64,000 bases of DNA from Christensenellaceae bacterium (GCA_963675355.2 CAXXMZ010000024.1:23307-87306), one strand, 5' to 3'; shown: positions 18,038-28,223, counted from the first letter of the stretch. A program made the numbers and translations. The notes: generated from the sequence alone by a model not told the origin.

Positions 18038-19113
18038 GCCAAACCACAGCTGGGGAGAGAACAGAGAAGGCTACCCCTAAAAAGCGTAGGGATGCACGTG
18101 AAAGAGGTCAAGTTAGAAAGAGTAATGAGGTTAATACGGCGTTATCGCTATTAATCATGTTTGGTGTTTGGCAAGTTGCCGGAAACGGTATTATTTCAGG
18201 CATTGAGGACATGACGACCTATTATCTTTCAGATGCAGTATTATCAGCTTCTGTTTCGCAATCGAGTAGCGCTAGTTATCTTTCAAACGCTATGATAAAT
18301 ATTTTAATAATATTGGCGCCGTTGCTTATAGCGGCTTTTATCATAGCTATGGCTGTAAACATAATGCAAACGGGTTTCTTGTTATCTTCTAAATCTATGA
18401 AACCAAAAATGAATCGTATTAGCCCGATTCAAGGTTTTAAACGAATTTTTTCTTCTAGGTCGCTAATGGAAATGGGTAAGTCGATCTTAAAGACGATATT
18501 GCTTGCTATTTTAGCGTATGGAGAAATTTCAACAAACGTTGAGCTATTGTCAAACGTAATGGGAGTCAGCGTTGCGGATACTATGGCATTGCTGTTCTCG
18601 ATGATGATGAATCTTGCGTTTAAAATGAGCATTGCACTTATAATAATAGCTGGGTTTGATTTTTTGTATCAGTGGTGGAAGTATGAAAAAGATCTTAAGA
18701 TGACCAAGCAAGAAATCAAGGATGAAAACAAGCGTATTGAAGGTGATCCACAGATAAAGGGTCAAATCAGACAGAAGCAGCGAATGATGGGTATGGCTAG
18801 AATGATGAAAAATCTTGAGGAAGCCGATGTTGTTATTACAAACCCAACTCATTTTGCGGTTGCGCTTAGTTATAAGGAAAGTAAAAATGTAGCGCCAGTT
18901 GTTATGGCAAAAGGGGCAGACTTTGTCGCTTTAAAGATCAAGGAAAAGGCATACGAGCTTAGGATAGATGTGGTTGAGAATAAACCACTTGCGCGCACAC
19001 TATACGCTCATTGTGAGATTGGTGATGTTATTCCGCCTGAAATGTATCAGGCCGTAGCTGAGGTTCTTGCCTACCTATATAGGCTTCAAGAACAGACTAA
19101 CGCCGGAGGATAA
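18034..19113 (+). CDS. flhB: Flagellar export switch protein FlhB
   Basis: EKATPKKRRDARERGQV N-terminus, four TM helices, NPTH autocleavage site (ITNPTHFAVAL). Confidence 0.95.
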   Translation: MSQTTAGERTEKATPKKRRDARERGQVRKSNEVNTALSLLIMFGVWQVAGNGIISGIEDMTTYYLSDAVLSASVSQSSSASYLSNAMINILIILAPLLIAAFIIAMAVNIMQTGFLLSSKSMKPKMNRISPIQGFKRIFSSRSLMEMGKSILKTILLAILAYGEISTNVELLSNVMGVSVADTMALLFSMMMNLAFKMSIALIIIAGFDFLYQWWKYEKDLKMTKQEIKDENKRIEGDPQIKGQIRQKQRMMGMARMMKNLEEADVVITNPTHFAVALSYKESKNVAPVVMAKGADFVALKIKEKAYELRIDVVENKPLARTLYAHCEIGDVIPPEMYQAVAEVLAYLYRLQEQTNAGG

Positions 19114-19115
19114 AA

Positions 19116-21155
19116 ATGAAGACAAAGATATCAGATGTGTTTATAGCGGTGATAATACTTATTATCATTTTACTTATTATATTGCCGTTACCAACATTTT
19201 TATTGGACTTTTTGTTGGTTACAAACATATCGTTATCAATTTTAATAATGCTAGTTACGTTATACGCTAAAAGCGCTATGCAGTTTTCTACTTTTCCATC
19301 GGTACTGTTGCTGATTACTCTGTTTAGGTTATCGCTTAATATATCGTCGACAAGACTTATTCTGGGTAACGGTGGAGATGCCGGTAACGTAATACAAACC
19401 TTTGGTGGATTTGTAATTGGTGATGACTTAATAGTTGGATTAATACTGTTTTTGATAATTATCGTTATTCAGTTTATCGTAATTACCAAAGGCTCTGAAA
19501 GAGTTGCAGAGGTTGGGGCAAGGTTTACTCTAGACGCTATGCCTGGAAAACAAATGGCGATTGACGCTGATTTGAACTCAGGGATAATTGACGATGTCCA
19601 GGCAAAGGAACGGAGGCTAGCTATACAAAACGAAGCCGACTTTTATGGAGCTATGGATGGAGCCAGCAAGTTTGTCAAGGGCGATGCAATAGTTTCTATT
19701 ATTATTATAGTTATAAACATAGCTGGCGGAATGATAGTTGGGTCGATGGATGGTAGCATGGATTTTAATAAGGTTCTTGAGGTATATACAAGAGCAACGG
19801 TTGGTGATGGATTGGTAAGCCAAATTCCTGCTTTATTAATTTCTACTGCGACCGGCATGATTGTAACAAGGGCGGCAACAGAAAACAGCATGGGATCAGA
19901 CATCATGGGACAGATTTTTTCTCAACCATTGGTGTTGATGGTGTTATCAGGCATGCTCGTCTTATTCAGTATTATTCCAGGAATGCCTATGGTTCCGATT
20001 TTGTTTTTAGCCGCACTAGCTGGAACGATTGGGTTTATACAGTATAGAGCATCAAACAAGGTTGAAGAAGCAAGTGAAGAGGATGCGAATAAGGCGTTAG
20101 CTGAAGAAAAACGCAAGCCTGAAAATGTGATGGCTCTATTGCAGGTTGACCCAATTGAACTCGAGTTTGGATATGGATTACTCCCGTTAGTCGATGCTAG
20201 TCAGGGAGGAGATTTATTAGATCGTGTAGTAATGATAAGAAGACAATGTGCAATTGATTTAGGAATAGTTGTACCAGTTATAAGATTAAGAGATAACATC
20301 CATTTAGGAACTAATAAGTATGTTATTAAGATAAAAGGCATAGAGGTATCAGGTGGCGAGGTCGTTGCTGATCATGTCATGGCATTAAATGCAGGAGGGG
20401 CTACTGGAGAAATCAGTGGTATTGACACCGTTGAACCGGCGTTTGGATTGCCAGCCACGTGGATAGAAGAATCTATGCGTGAAAAAGCTGAGCTTATGGG
20501 GTATTCGATAATAGATCCACCATCCGTTATTGCCACGCATTTAACGGAGATAATCAAAAAACATGGTCACGAGTTATTAGGACGTCAGCAGGTTCAGGCG
20601 TTATTAGATAACTTAAGAGGAACACAAGCAGCGCTTATTGACGAGGTCGTACCTAAAGCGTTTTCGCTTGGAGAGATACAAAAGGTTCTTGCAAAATTGC
20701 TTAAAGAAGGCATTAGTATTCGTGATATGGTAACGATCCTTGAGACAATGAGTGATTATGGAAAGCTCACGCATGATCCTGAGATGTTGACCGAGTACGC
20801 TAGGCAGAATTTGAAGCGCTCAATAACAAAACAATTTGCGGTGGATAATATGTTACGAGTGGTTTCTTTAGATAGTGGTGTAGAAAAGACGATATTAGAT
20901 AGCGTGCGACAAAATGATCATGGATCATATGTTGCTCTTGAACCCACACAAGTTAAAAAATTGTTTAATAGTCTAAAAACTGCGATTGAAAGAATGACCG
21001 ATTTAGGGAGGATGCCAATCGTGCTTGCGTCTCCCATGGTTAGAAGGCATTTTAAAAGTGTTACCGAACAAATGGCGCCTGATTTAACGGTGCTTTCATA
21101 TAGCGAAATCGAACCAGGGATAGAGATTCATTCTGATGGGGTGGTGACGATATGA
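19116..21155 (+). CDS. flhA: Flagellar export protein FlhA
   Basis: 679 aa with FPSVLLLITLFRLSLNISSTRLIL, the FHIPEP-type region and a cytoplasmic C-terminal domain. Confidence 0.95.
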   Translation: MKTKISDVFIAVIILIIILLIILPLPTFLLDFLLVTNISLSILIMLVTLYAKSAMQFSTFPSVLLLITLFRLSLNISSTRLILGNGGDAGNVIQTFGGFVIGDDLIVGLILFLIIIVIQFIVITKGSERVAEVGARFTLDAMPGKQMAIDADLNSGIIDDVQAKERRLAIQNEADFYGAMDGASKFVKGDAIVSIIIIVINIAGGMIVGSMDGSMDFNKVLEVYTRATVGDGLVSQIPALLISTATGMIVTRAATENSMGSDIMGQIFSQPLVLMVLSGMLVLFSIIPGMPMVPILFLAALAGTIGFIQYRASNKVEEASEEDANKALAEEKRKPENVMALLQVDPIELEFGYGLLPLVDASQGGDLLDRVVMIRRQCAIDLGIVVPVIRLRDNIHLGTNKYVIKIKGIEVSGGEVVADHVMALNAGGATGEISGIDTVEPAFGLPATWIEESMREKAELMGYSIIDPPSVIATHLTEIIKKHGHELLGRQQVQALLDNLRGTQAALIDEVVPKAFSLGEIQKVLAKLLKEGISIRDMVTILETMSDYGKLTHDPEMLTEYARQNLKRSITKQFAVDNMLRVVSLDSGVEKTILDSVRQNDHGSYVALEPTQVKKLFNSLKTAIERMTDLGRMPIVLASPMVRRHFKSVTEQMAPDLTVLSYSEIEPGIEIHSDGVVTI

Positions 21156-22588
21156 ACGTAAAAAGGTATATTGCAAAGGATATGAGTGAGGCTAAAAATC
21201 GTATTCGTGAGGAGCTAGGGGTAGATGCTGTTATTTTACATAACAGAGTGATTCGAAAAAAGGGTATAAAAAGGTTTTTCACTTCGCCACTAGTTGAAGT
21301 GGTGGTTGCCTATGAAAATAACCCGGTAGATAAATCGGAGCGTTCTAGGTTGAAGGATAACAAGAAACTTAATGAATCTTCACTTACTGATAAGAGAGCA
21401 TCCGAGTTGATTCAGGGGTTGAATGCTGCTGTTGCACAAGCGCGTAAAAAAATCGATAAAGAAGGAAGTTCAAAGACCGAAGTTGAACAAGAAAGTAGCT
21501 TTAGTAATGTATTAAAGAAAGAAAAAGATGGTGTGGATGTGTTACTAACCAAATCAGCCCAAGCCGTAACAAAAGCATACAACTTTCCAGAATTACAACG
21601 GCAAAGTGTTACTGAAGGAAAGGATAATGACAACGAAAATGTTGAATCAGTGAGTTTGCATGATATTGATGAGCGGGTTAATGAGTTACAAATAATGGTA
21701 AGTGAGCTGCTCGAAAAACGTGCTAAAGTACAGACAGATGCCGTTAACAAGGTTAAGACTTTACCATATAAAAATCAAGATGAATCCTCGAATAAAGACA
21801 ATGGATTATATGAACAATTGATAGAAATAGATGTGGATAATTCAGCGGCTAGGGCCATTGCAGATGCAGCTGAAAAAAAAGCGATTGATTATGATTTAAG
21901 TATTTTACAAAGTTCAAGGCAAGTGATGTGTGATATGATAGGCGACTCGCAGCCGATAAGTGTTCAGCCAAACAAACAAACTGTGGTTATGATGGTTGGA
22001 CCGACAGGGGTCGGCAAAACCACTTCTTTAATCAAGCTTGCCTCGCATTATACGCTGGAGGAGAACTTATCAGTTGGATTAATTAATGCAGATACTTATA
22101 GATTGGCAGCGCACGAACAATTGTCAGCTTATGCTGAGATAATGGATGTGCCACTAAAAGCAGTTTATGCACCTGAAGAAATAGTTGGGGTGTTAAAAGA
22201 GTATTCTGATCTTGATATAGTCTTTGTTGACACATCAGGGAAAAAGCCAACCGATAAACAGCATGCAATAAACATTGAACGTATGATAAGGCTTAGTGGA
22301 GCTAATCAAGTTTTTCTGGTAATGTCTGCAACTTGCAGTAAACGAGCGTGTAAAGAGATTATCGAAAACTATAATAATATCGACGGATTAAAGCTCATCA
22401 TTACTAAGACGGATGAGACAAGTTCGTTTGCTGGAGTAGTTAATGCAACGATTTTAGCCAATAGACCACTTGGATATATTGCTATGGGACAAAATGTGCC
22501 TGATGACATCAAAGTAGCTGATATTGACGAGATAGTTGGTTCTGCTTTAGAGGAGGCATACCCGTGTATGAGCAAGTTAGTAAACTAA
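21152..22588 (+). CDS. flhF: SRP-type GTPase FlhF
   Basis: MVGPTGVGKTTSLIKLA, DTSGK and TKTDET motifs; charged N-terminal B-domain. Confidence 0.85.
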   Translation: MNVKRYIAKDMSEAKNRIREELGVDAVILHNRVIRKKGIKRFFTSPLVEVVVAYENNPVDKSERSRLKDNKKLNESSLTDKRASELIQGLNAAVAQARKKIDKEGSSKTEVEQESSFSNVLKKEKDGVDVLLTKSAQAVTKAYNFPELQRQSVTEGKDNDNENVESVSLHDIDERVNELQIMVSELLEKRAKVQTDAVNKVKTLPYKNQDESSNKDNGLYEQLIEIDVDNSAARAIADAAEKKAIDYDLSILQSSRQVMCDMIGDSQPISVQPNKQTVVMMVGPTGVGKTTSLIKLASHYTLEENLSVGLINADTYRLAAHEQLSAYAEIMDVPLKAVYAPEEIVGVLKEYSDLDIVFVDTSGKKPTDKQHAINIERMIRLSGANQVFLVMSATCSKRACKEIIENYNNIDGLKLIITKTDETSSFAGVVNATILANRPLGYIAMGQNVPDDIKVADIDEIVGSALEEAYPCMSKLVN

Positions 22589-23445
22589 AGAGATTAGTTG
22601 CAAAAAAGAATATTAAGCAAGAAGCACAGATTATTGCTATTTCAAGTGGAAAAGGCGGTGTTGGCAAAACGAGCTTTTCTGTCAATTTTGCAATTGCATT
22701 AAAAAGTCTAGGTAAAAATGTACTTATTGTGGATGCGGATTTTGGACTTGCTAACATAGATATAATGTTGGGTGTCAATATTGAACATGACTTAAGCAGC
22801 GTTATAAAAAAAGAAAAAACACTGGATGAAATAATTGTAACTGGTTTTAATGGAGTTAAGATAATTTCGGGCGGATCAGGTGTTTTGGAGTTAATCAATT
22901 TGACACCCCAAAACGCTGATGAGCTTATGTATAGTCTTAATACGTTGGACGAGTTGTTTGATGTAATAATCTTTGATACAGGAGCAGGAATAACGGAGGT
23001 TATTAAACAAATTATTGGGTCGAGTGAGCTTGCGTATATTATTATTACGCCTGAGCCGACGGCAATGATGGACGCGTATGCTTTAATAAAGACCATGTAT
23101 AGACAGACAGAGTATTTGTTGCCTGAGATACGACTAGTTGCAAACATGGTAGAATCTGCAAATGAAGGTATGACGATAATGAAGGGGTTTAGCTCAGTGG
23201 TTAAAAAGAATATGGGTTTTGAACCTACGCAAAGTGGGTATGTAGTAAATGATGATTGTGTAAAAAGAGCTATAAAAGCGCAAACACCTTTGTTAAACAT
23301 TGCGCCTGATTGTAAGGCAGCTAAATGCATACATGATATTGCAAAAAAGCATTGTGGAGAATTAGTTAATGATACAAATAAGCGAGGGTTAGCTATGTTT
23401 TTCGAAAGATTATTGAGAAGACAATACCGTAGGGTAGGGGAGTAG
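22564..23445 (+). CDS. flhG: MinD/ParA-type ATPase FlhG (YlxH)
   Basis: Deviant Walker A SSGKGGVGKTS; position directly after flhF. Confidence 0.85.
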   Translation: MYEQVSKLKRLVAKKNIKQEAQIIAISSGKGGVGKTSFSVNFAIALKSLGKNVLIVDADFGLANIDIMLGVNIEHDLSSVIKKEKTLDEIIVTGFNGVKIISGGSGVLELINLTPQNADELMYSLNTLDELFDVIIFDTGAGITEVIKQIIGSSELAYIIITPEPTAMMDAYALIKTMYRQTEYLLPEIRLVANMVESANEGMTIMKGFSSVVKKNMGFEPTQSGYVVNDDCVKRAIKAQTPLLNIAPDCKAAKCIHDIAKKHCGELVNDTNKRGLAMFFERLLRRQYRRVGE

Positions 23446-23447
23446 TC

Positions 23448-24086
23448 ATGGAACCGAAGAAATACTTGCGTAGTGAAAAAAGAATGTATATTTCCTATGA
23501 TAAAAAGATGTATATGACTACTGTACATAGTGTTGATGAAGATGCAATTTATATAGTTACCCCGATGAAAAATGGATCAGTTGTTCATATTAATGCTGGA
23601 CAAACAATTGAAGTAGGGTTTTGGGAACCCAATGGTATCTTTTCGTTTAAAGCAGTCATTGAGGCAAATGTATCGTATGGACAAAAAGGCCTTTTTCAGA
23701 TTGTACCCATTTCATCGTTTAAGCGTATGCAACGAAGAGATAGTTATAGAATCTATATAAATTGCAGGGTTATTATTGAAGTAGTGGATGGGGAAACAGG
23801 TAAAGTTAAAAAACCAATAGAAACCCATTCGTTAAATATTAGCATAGGCGGAATGTGTATTAAGCTTAATGAAGAACTTGATAAAGATGTGGAGGTAATT
23901 TGTCGTGTTGCGCTTGATGAGTTTGGTGATTATATATCTACAGGATTAACGGTTTTTTCTAAAAGAATAAATTCGGCTGAAAAAGCGTTTGCAGTTGGTG
24001 TACAGTTTGTGAACTGTGAACCCTCTGATCAGCGTAAGTTATCTAGATTCATAAGGTCAAGGGAGATAATGACAAGGAGAAAATAA
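23448..24086 (+). CDS. PilZ-domain protein (YcgR/MotI-like c-di-GMP-responsive flagellar brake candidate)
   Basis: QRRDSYR (RxxxR) at aa 95-101 and NISIGG ((D/N)xSxxG) at aa 130-135, preceded by a YcgR-N-like beta-rich domain. Confidence 0.8.
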   Translation: MEPKKYLRSEKRMYISYDKKMYMTTVHSVDEDAIYIVTPMKNGSVVHINAGQTIEVGFWEPNGIFSFKAVIEANVSYGQKGLFQIVPISSFKRMQRRDSYRIYINCRVIIEVVDGETGKVKKPIETHSLNISIGGMCIKLNEELDKDVEVICRVALDEFGDYISTGLTVFSKRINSAEKAFAVGVQFVNCEPSDQRKLSRFIRSREIMTRRK

Positions 24087-24087
24087 T

Positions 24088-24888
24088 ATGGCGATGAGCT
24101 TTGCATATCAAAAGAATAACAACTCAATCGATATTGACAATAGTAGAGATGAATTAAATATCGCCAAATTATGGGATGAGTTTTTTAAGACTAATAGCCT
24201 TGAATTAAAAAACAAATTAGTGACACACTATTTCCCGCTAGTAAAATGTATCGTTGCTAGGATGATGCCTATTTATAAATCACATAATGACTATGATGAT
24301 TTATTTAGTTGTGGTGTAATAGGGTTAATGGATGCTGTAGATAAGTTTGATGCGACCCGGAATATAAAGTTTGAAACATATGCATCATGTCGTATTCGTG
24401 GTGAAATTTTGGATAGCATGCGTAGACAAGATTGGGCGCCATCCAGCCTAAGACGTAGGATAAATGCATTAGAAAAAGCGGGACGTGAGTTAGAGACTAA
24501 ACTTTTGCGAGCACCAACCGAGCAGGAGATTGCAGATAAACTTAATATTAGCACTAATGAAGTAAAAAAGCTTGTTGATCAGGCGCATATGTTTAGCATA
24601 GTGCGTTTTGATGACGTGGTAACAAACGGTAGCCCAAATGACCACTTAAAAAAATGCGAGGATAAAGGTTCATCACAAGAGATAGAAAGATTTGAACTCA
24701 GAGATATGCTTGCAAAGCTAATTGATGCACTCTCTACGATGGAAAAGAATATCGTTGCACTATATTATTATAAAGAATATACGTTTAAGGAAATTGCAAG
24801 TATTATGGATGTGTCAGAGTCGTGGATTTCACAGGTGCATTCAAGGACTATGAAAAAACTTAGAACGCAGATTAGGGATTGTATGTAA
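24088..24888 (+). CDS. fliA: Flagellar sigma factor sigma-28 (FliA/SigD)
   Basis: Sigma-70 region 2 (DLFSCGVIGLMDAVDKFD), region 3, and region 4 HTH (YTFKEIASIMDVSESWISQVHSRTMKKL). Confidence 0.9.
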   Translation: MAMSFAYQKNNNSIDIDNSRDELNIAKLWDEFFKTNSLELKNKLVTHYFPLVKCIVARMMPIYKSHNDYDDLFSCGVIGLMDAVDKFDATRNIKFETYASCRIRGEILDSMRRQDWAPSSLRRRINALEKAGRELETKLLRAPTEQEIADKLNISTNEVKKLVDQAHMFSIVRFDDVVTNGSPNDHLKKCEDKGSSQEIERFELRDMLAKLIDALSTMEKNIVALYYYKEYTFKEIASIMDVSESWISQVHSRTMKKLRTQIRDCM

Positions 24889-24920
24889 TATAAAAAAAGC
24901 CATTATCAGGAGGTGCATTT

Positions 24921-25253
24921 ATGGGTATTTCGATACAAACGCAAGTTATGGTACAAAAATCAACCGACATAGCAAAAGATAGCTCGTATCAGATGCACAG
25001 GACTGACGTTTCCCAGCAGGCGTATACTAAGGCAGAAAGAGTTAAAGCAGACCGTGAGTTGCATCAAGCCGTTGCTGTTGAAAATGCTGACGGGAATATT
25101 ATGATACGAGATGAAGAAGATTCGCAGGGCGAAAAACAGAGAAAGGCACATAATCTTAATCAGAAGAAAAAAAAGAAAACCGATTCAAATAATATTGATT
25201 CAAAGGTTACAACTTCGGCCTCTGGTGAGTCTACGTTTGATGTTAGAATATAA
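24921..25253 (+). CDS. Hypothetical small charged protein downstream of fliA
   Basis: 110-aa ORF with a GGAGG RBS, no TM helix, and a Lys run encoded by an A8 tract. I recognise no family. Confidence 0.45.
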   Translation: MGISIQTQVMVQKSTDIAKDSSYQMHRTDVSQQAYTKAERVKADRELHQAVAVENADGNIMIRDEEDSQGEKQRKAHNLNQKKKKKTDSNNIDSKVTTSASGESTFDVRI

Positions 25254-25352
25254 AGCGAAAATTACTTAATTTATCATACTTTTATTTTTTACTGAAGTAT
25301 GACGTGTTTAATTACGATATATAAACTATACGGATACTAAAGGAGAAGTTAT

Positions 25353-26108
25353 ATGCTACGTGGATTATACATAGCTGGTACGGGAATGCTGTCACAAATC
25401 AGTAGGATGAATGTGGTTACTAATAATATTGCTAATTCTCAGACTACTGGATATAAGTCAGATCAACTTATTACGCGGTCTTTTGCAGATATGATGATTG
25501 AGCGCGTGAATGATCCAGCGGTTGTATCTATGAGCAATGAGGTAGGACCTCTTAACACGGGAGTACATATTGACGAGATAAACACCGATTTTGCTCAGGG
25601 AGTAATTGAAGAAACTGACAGTATGAGTGATTTTGCGATACAAGGCGATGCATATTTCACTATACAGTCTGATCAAGGCATAATGTACACGCGTGCAGGT
25701 AATTTTTATGTGAATAACGATGGATATTTGCTTACTCAAGAAGGATATTCAGTCTTGGGAGAAAACGGTCCTGTACATGTAGGACTTGGAGAATATGCGG
25801 TTGACGAAGCTGGTAACATTAATGTTGGTGGCAAGGTGATTGATAAGCTTAAGTTAGTGTCGTTTGATGATGAGAGTGGGCTTAGAAAAGTTGGAGATAA
25901 TCTTTATTCTAATTTTTCAGATCAGCAAGTAAATGCTGCACAAAACTATAGTGTTAAACAGGGCTATTTAGAAGGTTCAAACGTTGAGGTAGTTGATCAG
26001 ATGGTCGATATGATGACGATACAAAATGTGTACGAGTCTAATCAAAAAATTATTCAGATAATTGACGATACATTTAGTAAAGCGGTAAACGATATTGGAC
26101 GAGTATAG
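25353..26108 (+). CDS. flgF: Flagellar rod protein, FlgF/FlhO-like
   Basis: MLRGLYIAGTGM..NNIANSQTTGYK N-terminus and C-terminal GYLEGSNVEVVDQMVDMMTIQNVYESN. Confidence 0.75.
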   Translation: MLRGLYIAGTGMLSQISRMNVVTNNIANSQTTGYKSDQLITRSFADMMIERVNDPAVVSMSNEVGPLNTGVHIDEINTDFAQGVIEETDSMSDFAIQGDAYFTIQSDQGIMYTRAGNFYVNNDGYLLTQEGYSVLGENGPVHVGLGEYAVDEAGNINVGGKVIDKLKLVSFDDESGLRKVGDNLYSNFSDQQVNAAQNYSVKQGYLEGSNVEVVDQMVDMMTIQNVYESNQKIIQIIDDTFSKAVNDIGRV

Positions 26109-26125
26109 GAAAACGAGGTATTAGA

Positions 26126-26893
26126 ATGATTCAGTCTATGTATACGGCGGCGGTTGGAGCAAGAAGCTTACAGTACGGTATTGATACTGTTGCAAACAAT
26201 ATATCAAACATTAATACTGGAGGGTTTAAAGCATCGCGAGTTAGTTTTAAAGATGCTATATACCAGACTATGCGCAGCCCGATTCAGCCACAAGATATGA
26301 GTAATAACCTCGAGTTGGGATATGGCTCTTTGATTTCTGATACATCATTAGACTTTTCAAATGGTGCTTTGAAAGATACAGGCAATGTTTTTGATTTTGC
26401 AATTGTAGACGATGGGTTCTTTGCAGTGCAAGATAAAGCAGGCGAGATAAAATATACAAGATCTGGTGCGTTTAGTATTTCGACCGAAGGAGATGGAAAC
26501 TATCTAGTGACGTCTAGCGGCAACTATGTGTTAGATGAAAACTATAATAGGATTAAATTGGGCGACGATATTCAAAATACAACGGTAGACAGTACTGGAC
26601 AAATGTTTGACCAAGATAATAACGCCATAGCTAAGATGGCTGTGGTGGTTTTTGATAATCAACAGGGACTTGAAAAAATTGGAGATAATTTATACGAGCA
26701 AACAGCCGCTTCTGGAGAAGCTCGGCAAAGCGACGATGTTGATATTAGACAAGGGTGTATCGAAGCGTCTAATGTTGATGTTGCCGATGAGTTAACCAAG
26801 TTGATTCAAATGCAAAGGGCATATTCGTTGCTTAGTAGTGCTATTACTACGGCTGATGAAATGGAATCAACTGCCAATAATCTTAGGCGATAA
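26126..26893 (+). CDS. flgG: Flagellar distal rod protein, FlgG/FlhP-like
   Basis: NNISNINTGGFK N-terminus and C-terminal IEASNVDVADELTKLIQMQRAYS. Confidence 0.85.
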   Translation: MIQSMYTAAVGARSLQYGIDTVANNISNINTGGFKASRVSFKDAIYQTMRSPIQPQDMSNNLELGYGSLISDTSLDFSNGALKDTGNVFDFAIVDDGFFAVQDKAGEIKYTRSGAFSISTEGDGNYLVTSSGNYVLDENYNRIKLGDDIQNTTVDSTGQMFDQDNNAIAKMAVVVFDNQQGLEKIGDNLYEQTAASGEARQSDDVDIRQGCIEASNVDVADELTKLIQMQRAYSLLSSAITTADEMESTANNLRR

Positions 26894-26916
26894 TTAAAGA
26901 TCAGGAGTGATGTGGA

Positions 26917-27363
26917 GTGAGTGAGTTTAAGTCTTGTATATTATGTAAAAAAATTTTTAATGGATATGGGTTATCAACTTGTCCTGAATGTACAAGAAAA
27001 ATGGATGAGGCATTTGTAATAATTCGAGATTATCTTGAGGATCATAAGGGTGCAAACGTAAAGGATATCGTAGAGACTACGGGACTTAGCGGTAAAATTG
27101 TAAGTCAGCTCTTAAAGGATGAAAGGCTTCTGCCATATACTGGACATACTCAAAGATGCAAGGTTTGTAACGAGCCTATTACTAAAGGTAAAATGTGTGT
27201 TGCTTGTGAGCGGAAAATGAATACTTACATCCAAAAGAATGGGAAACCTGAGAACCTCAAGAAAACACCTAATAGCAGTGTATTTGAAAAGGATAAACAA
27301 GAAAAAGCTTACGCTAAGGAACATAGGAAAAGCAGGGAAATAAGGTTGTTTGGTGAAAAATAA
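26917..27363 (+). CDS. Zn-ribbon flagellar operon protein (YvyF/TIGR03826-like)
   Basis: CILC..CPEC and CKVC..CVAC cysteine pairs; position immediately upstream of flgM, as for Bacillus yvyF. Confidence 0.65.
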   Translation: MSEFKSCILCKKIFNGYGLSTCPECTRKMDEAFVIIRDYLEDHKGANVKDIVETTGLSGKIVSQLLKDERLLPYTGHTQRCKVCNEPITKGKMCVACERKMNTYIQKNGKPENLKKTPNSSVFEKDKQEKAYAKEHRKSREIRLFGEK

Positions 27364-27398
27364 AAGTTTTATAGGAAATTATAGAAGGCGAAAATAAA

Positions 27399-27695
27399 AT
27401 GAAAATAAATTCGATTAGCCAACAAATTCATATAGGAAAATATACTCGAAATATAAAGATGCAAGACGTGCAAGAGACAGCGCAGAGTAAGGATAAGGTT
27501 GAGCTTTCTGATAGTGCGGTATCTTTTGCTGCTGCTATGAAAAATGCAAGCGCTACCAATATCACAAGAAGTGTTAGTGAACTAAATGAGATGCAAGAGA
27601 TAAAACAACAAATTAAAGACGGTACGTTTGATGTATCAGGAAAAGATATTGCTGATAAGATGCTCAAGGGAATGATCATAGATATTGACGTCTAG
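27399..27695 (+). CDS. flgM: Anti-sigma-28 factor FlgM
   Basis: 98 aa; KVELSDSA and C-terminal IKQQIKDGTFDVSGKDIADKML. Confidence 0.75.
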   Translation: MKINSISQQIHIGKYTRNIKMQDVQETAQSKDKVELSDSAVSFAAAMKNASATNITRSVSELNEMQEIKQQIKDGTFDVSGKDIADKMLKGMIIDIDV

Positions 27696-27721
27696 AAGCA
27701 AGGAAGGCAGGATATAACGTT

Positions 27722-28213
27722 TTGGGAATCCAACAGATTATTAGTACAATAGACGGTCAAATTAAAATTATTGATAGTTTATCGACTCTTGCAAAACAAA
27801 AAGAACGGGCAATTATTAAGAATGAGATAGACAACGTTGAGTTGATTAATAAACAGGAGCTTTCTACTATTGAAAAATTAAATGGTCTTGCAGAGGCAAA
27901 ATTAGACGCAATTAATAATTATTTAGAAAGTTTAGGCATTTTTGAAAACGAAAATATCAGGGAGTTATTAGACGATAATGTAAGCCAGGATGAAAAGAAA
28001 GAATTAGACAAGAAAGAAAATGAGTTTAAAGCGTCTGTTAGGCTACTGGTAGAAAGAAATAAGCTAAACAATAGGTTGATTAAGCTTCAGCTTAGTCAAA
28101 TCGATATTATGCTTAGTTCGTTAAGTGCACCCGTATCAAACAATTATAGCGGACAAGGTCAAGTTGATAACGGTGACGTGCAAAAGCGAACTGTATTTGA
28201 GTTTTCTGTTTGA
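27722..28213 (+). CDS. flgN: FlgN-family chaperone for FlgK/FlgL
   Basis: Helical 163-aa ORF (TTG start) located between flgM and flgK. Confidence 0.6.
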   Translation: MGIQQIISTIDGQIKIIDSLSTLAKQKERAIIKNEIDNVELINKQELSTIEKLNGLAEAKLDAINNYLESLGIFENENIRELLDDNVSQDEKKELDKKENEFKASVRLLVERNKLNNRLIKLQLSQIDIMLSSLSAPVSNNYSGQGQVDNGDVQKRTVFEFSV

Positions 28214-28223
28214 GGAGGAAGAT

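Noticed and set aside
22509-23528. 339-aa ORF on the minus strand, with similar long antisense ORFs at 37922-38491, 14861-15376, 7029-7523 and 8618-8992
   Set aside because: Each lies entirely antisense to a well-supported gene (flhG, the YlxF-like gene/fliJ, flgC, the GNAT gene and the FliK-like gene). Their composition is low-complexity Ser/Ile/Phe-rich, and they have no RBS. They are shadow ORFs typical of AT-rich codon usage.
25294-25320. Possible sigma-28 promoter (..TACGATAT) upstream of flgF
   Set aside because: The -10 has ACGATAT rather than CCGATAT, and the -35 position reads GAAG/TGAA instead of TAAA. This is too weak to call.
28125-28223. Upstream extensions in the ORF track for flgK (28125), rplI (2962), ilvB (58302), flbD (41514), fliG (34561) and tyrS (58736)
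   Set aside because: Internal ATG codons with proper GGAGG-type RBS spacing and conserved N-termini give better starts. The extensions overlap upstream genes, or in the ilvB case the T-box terminator.
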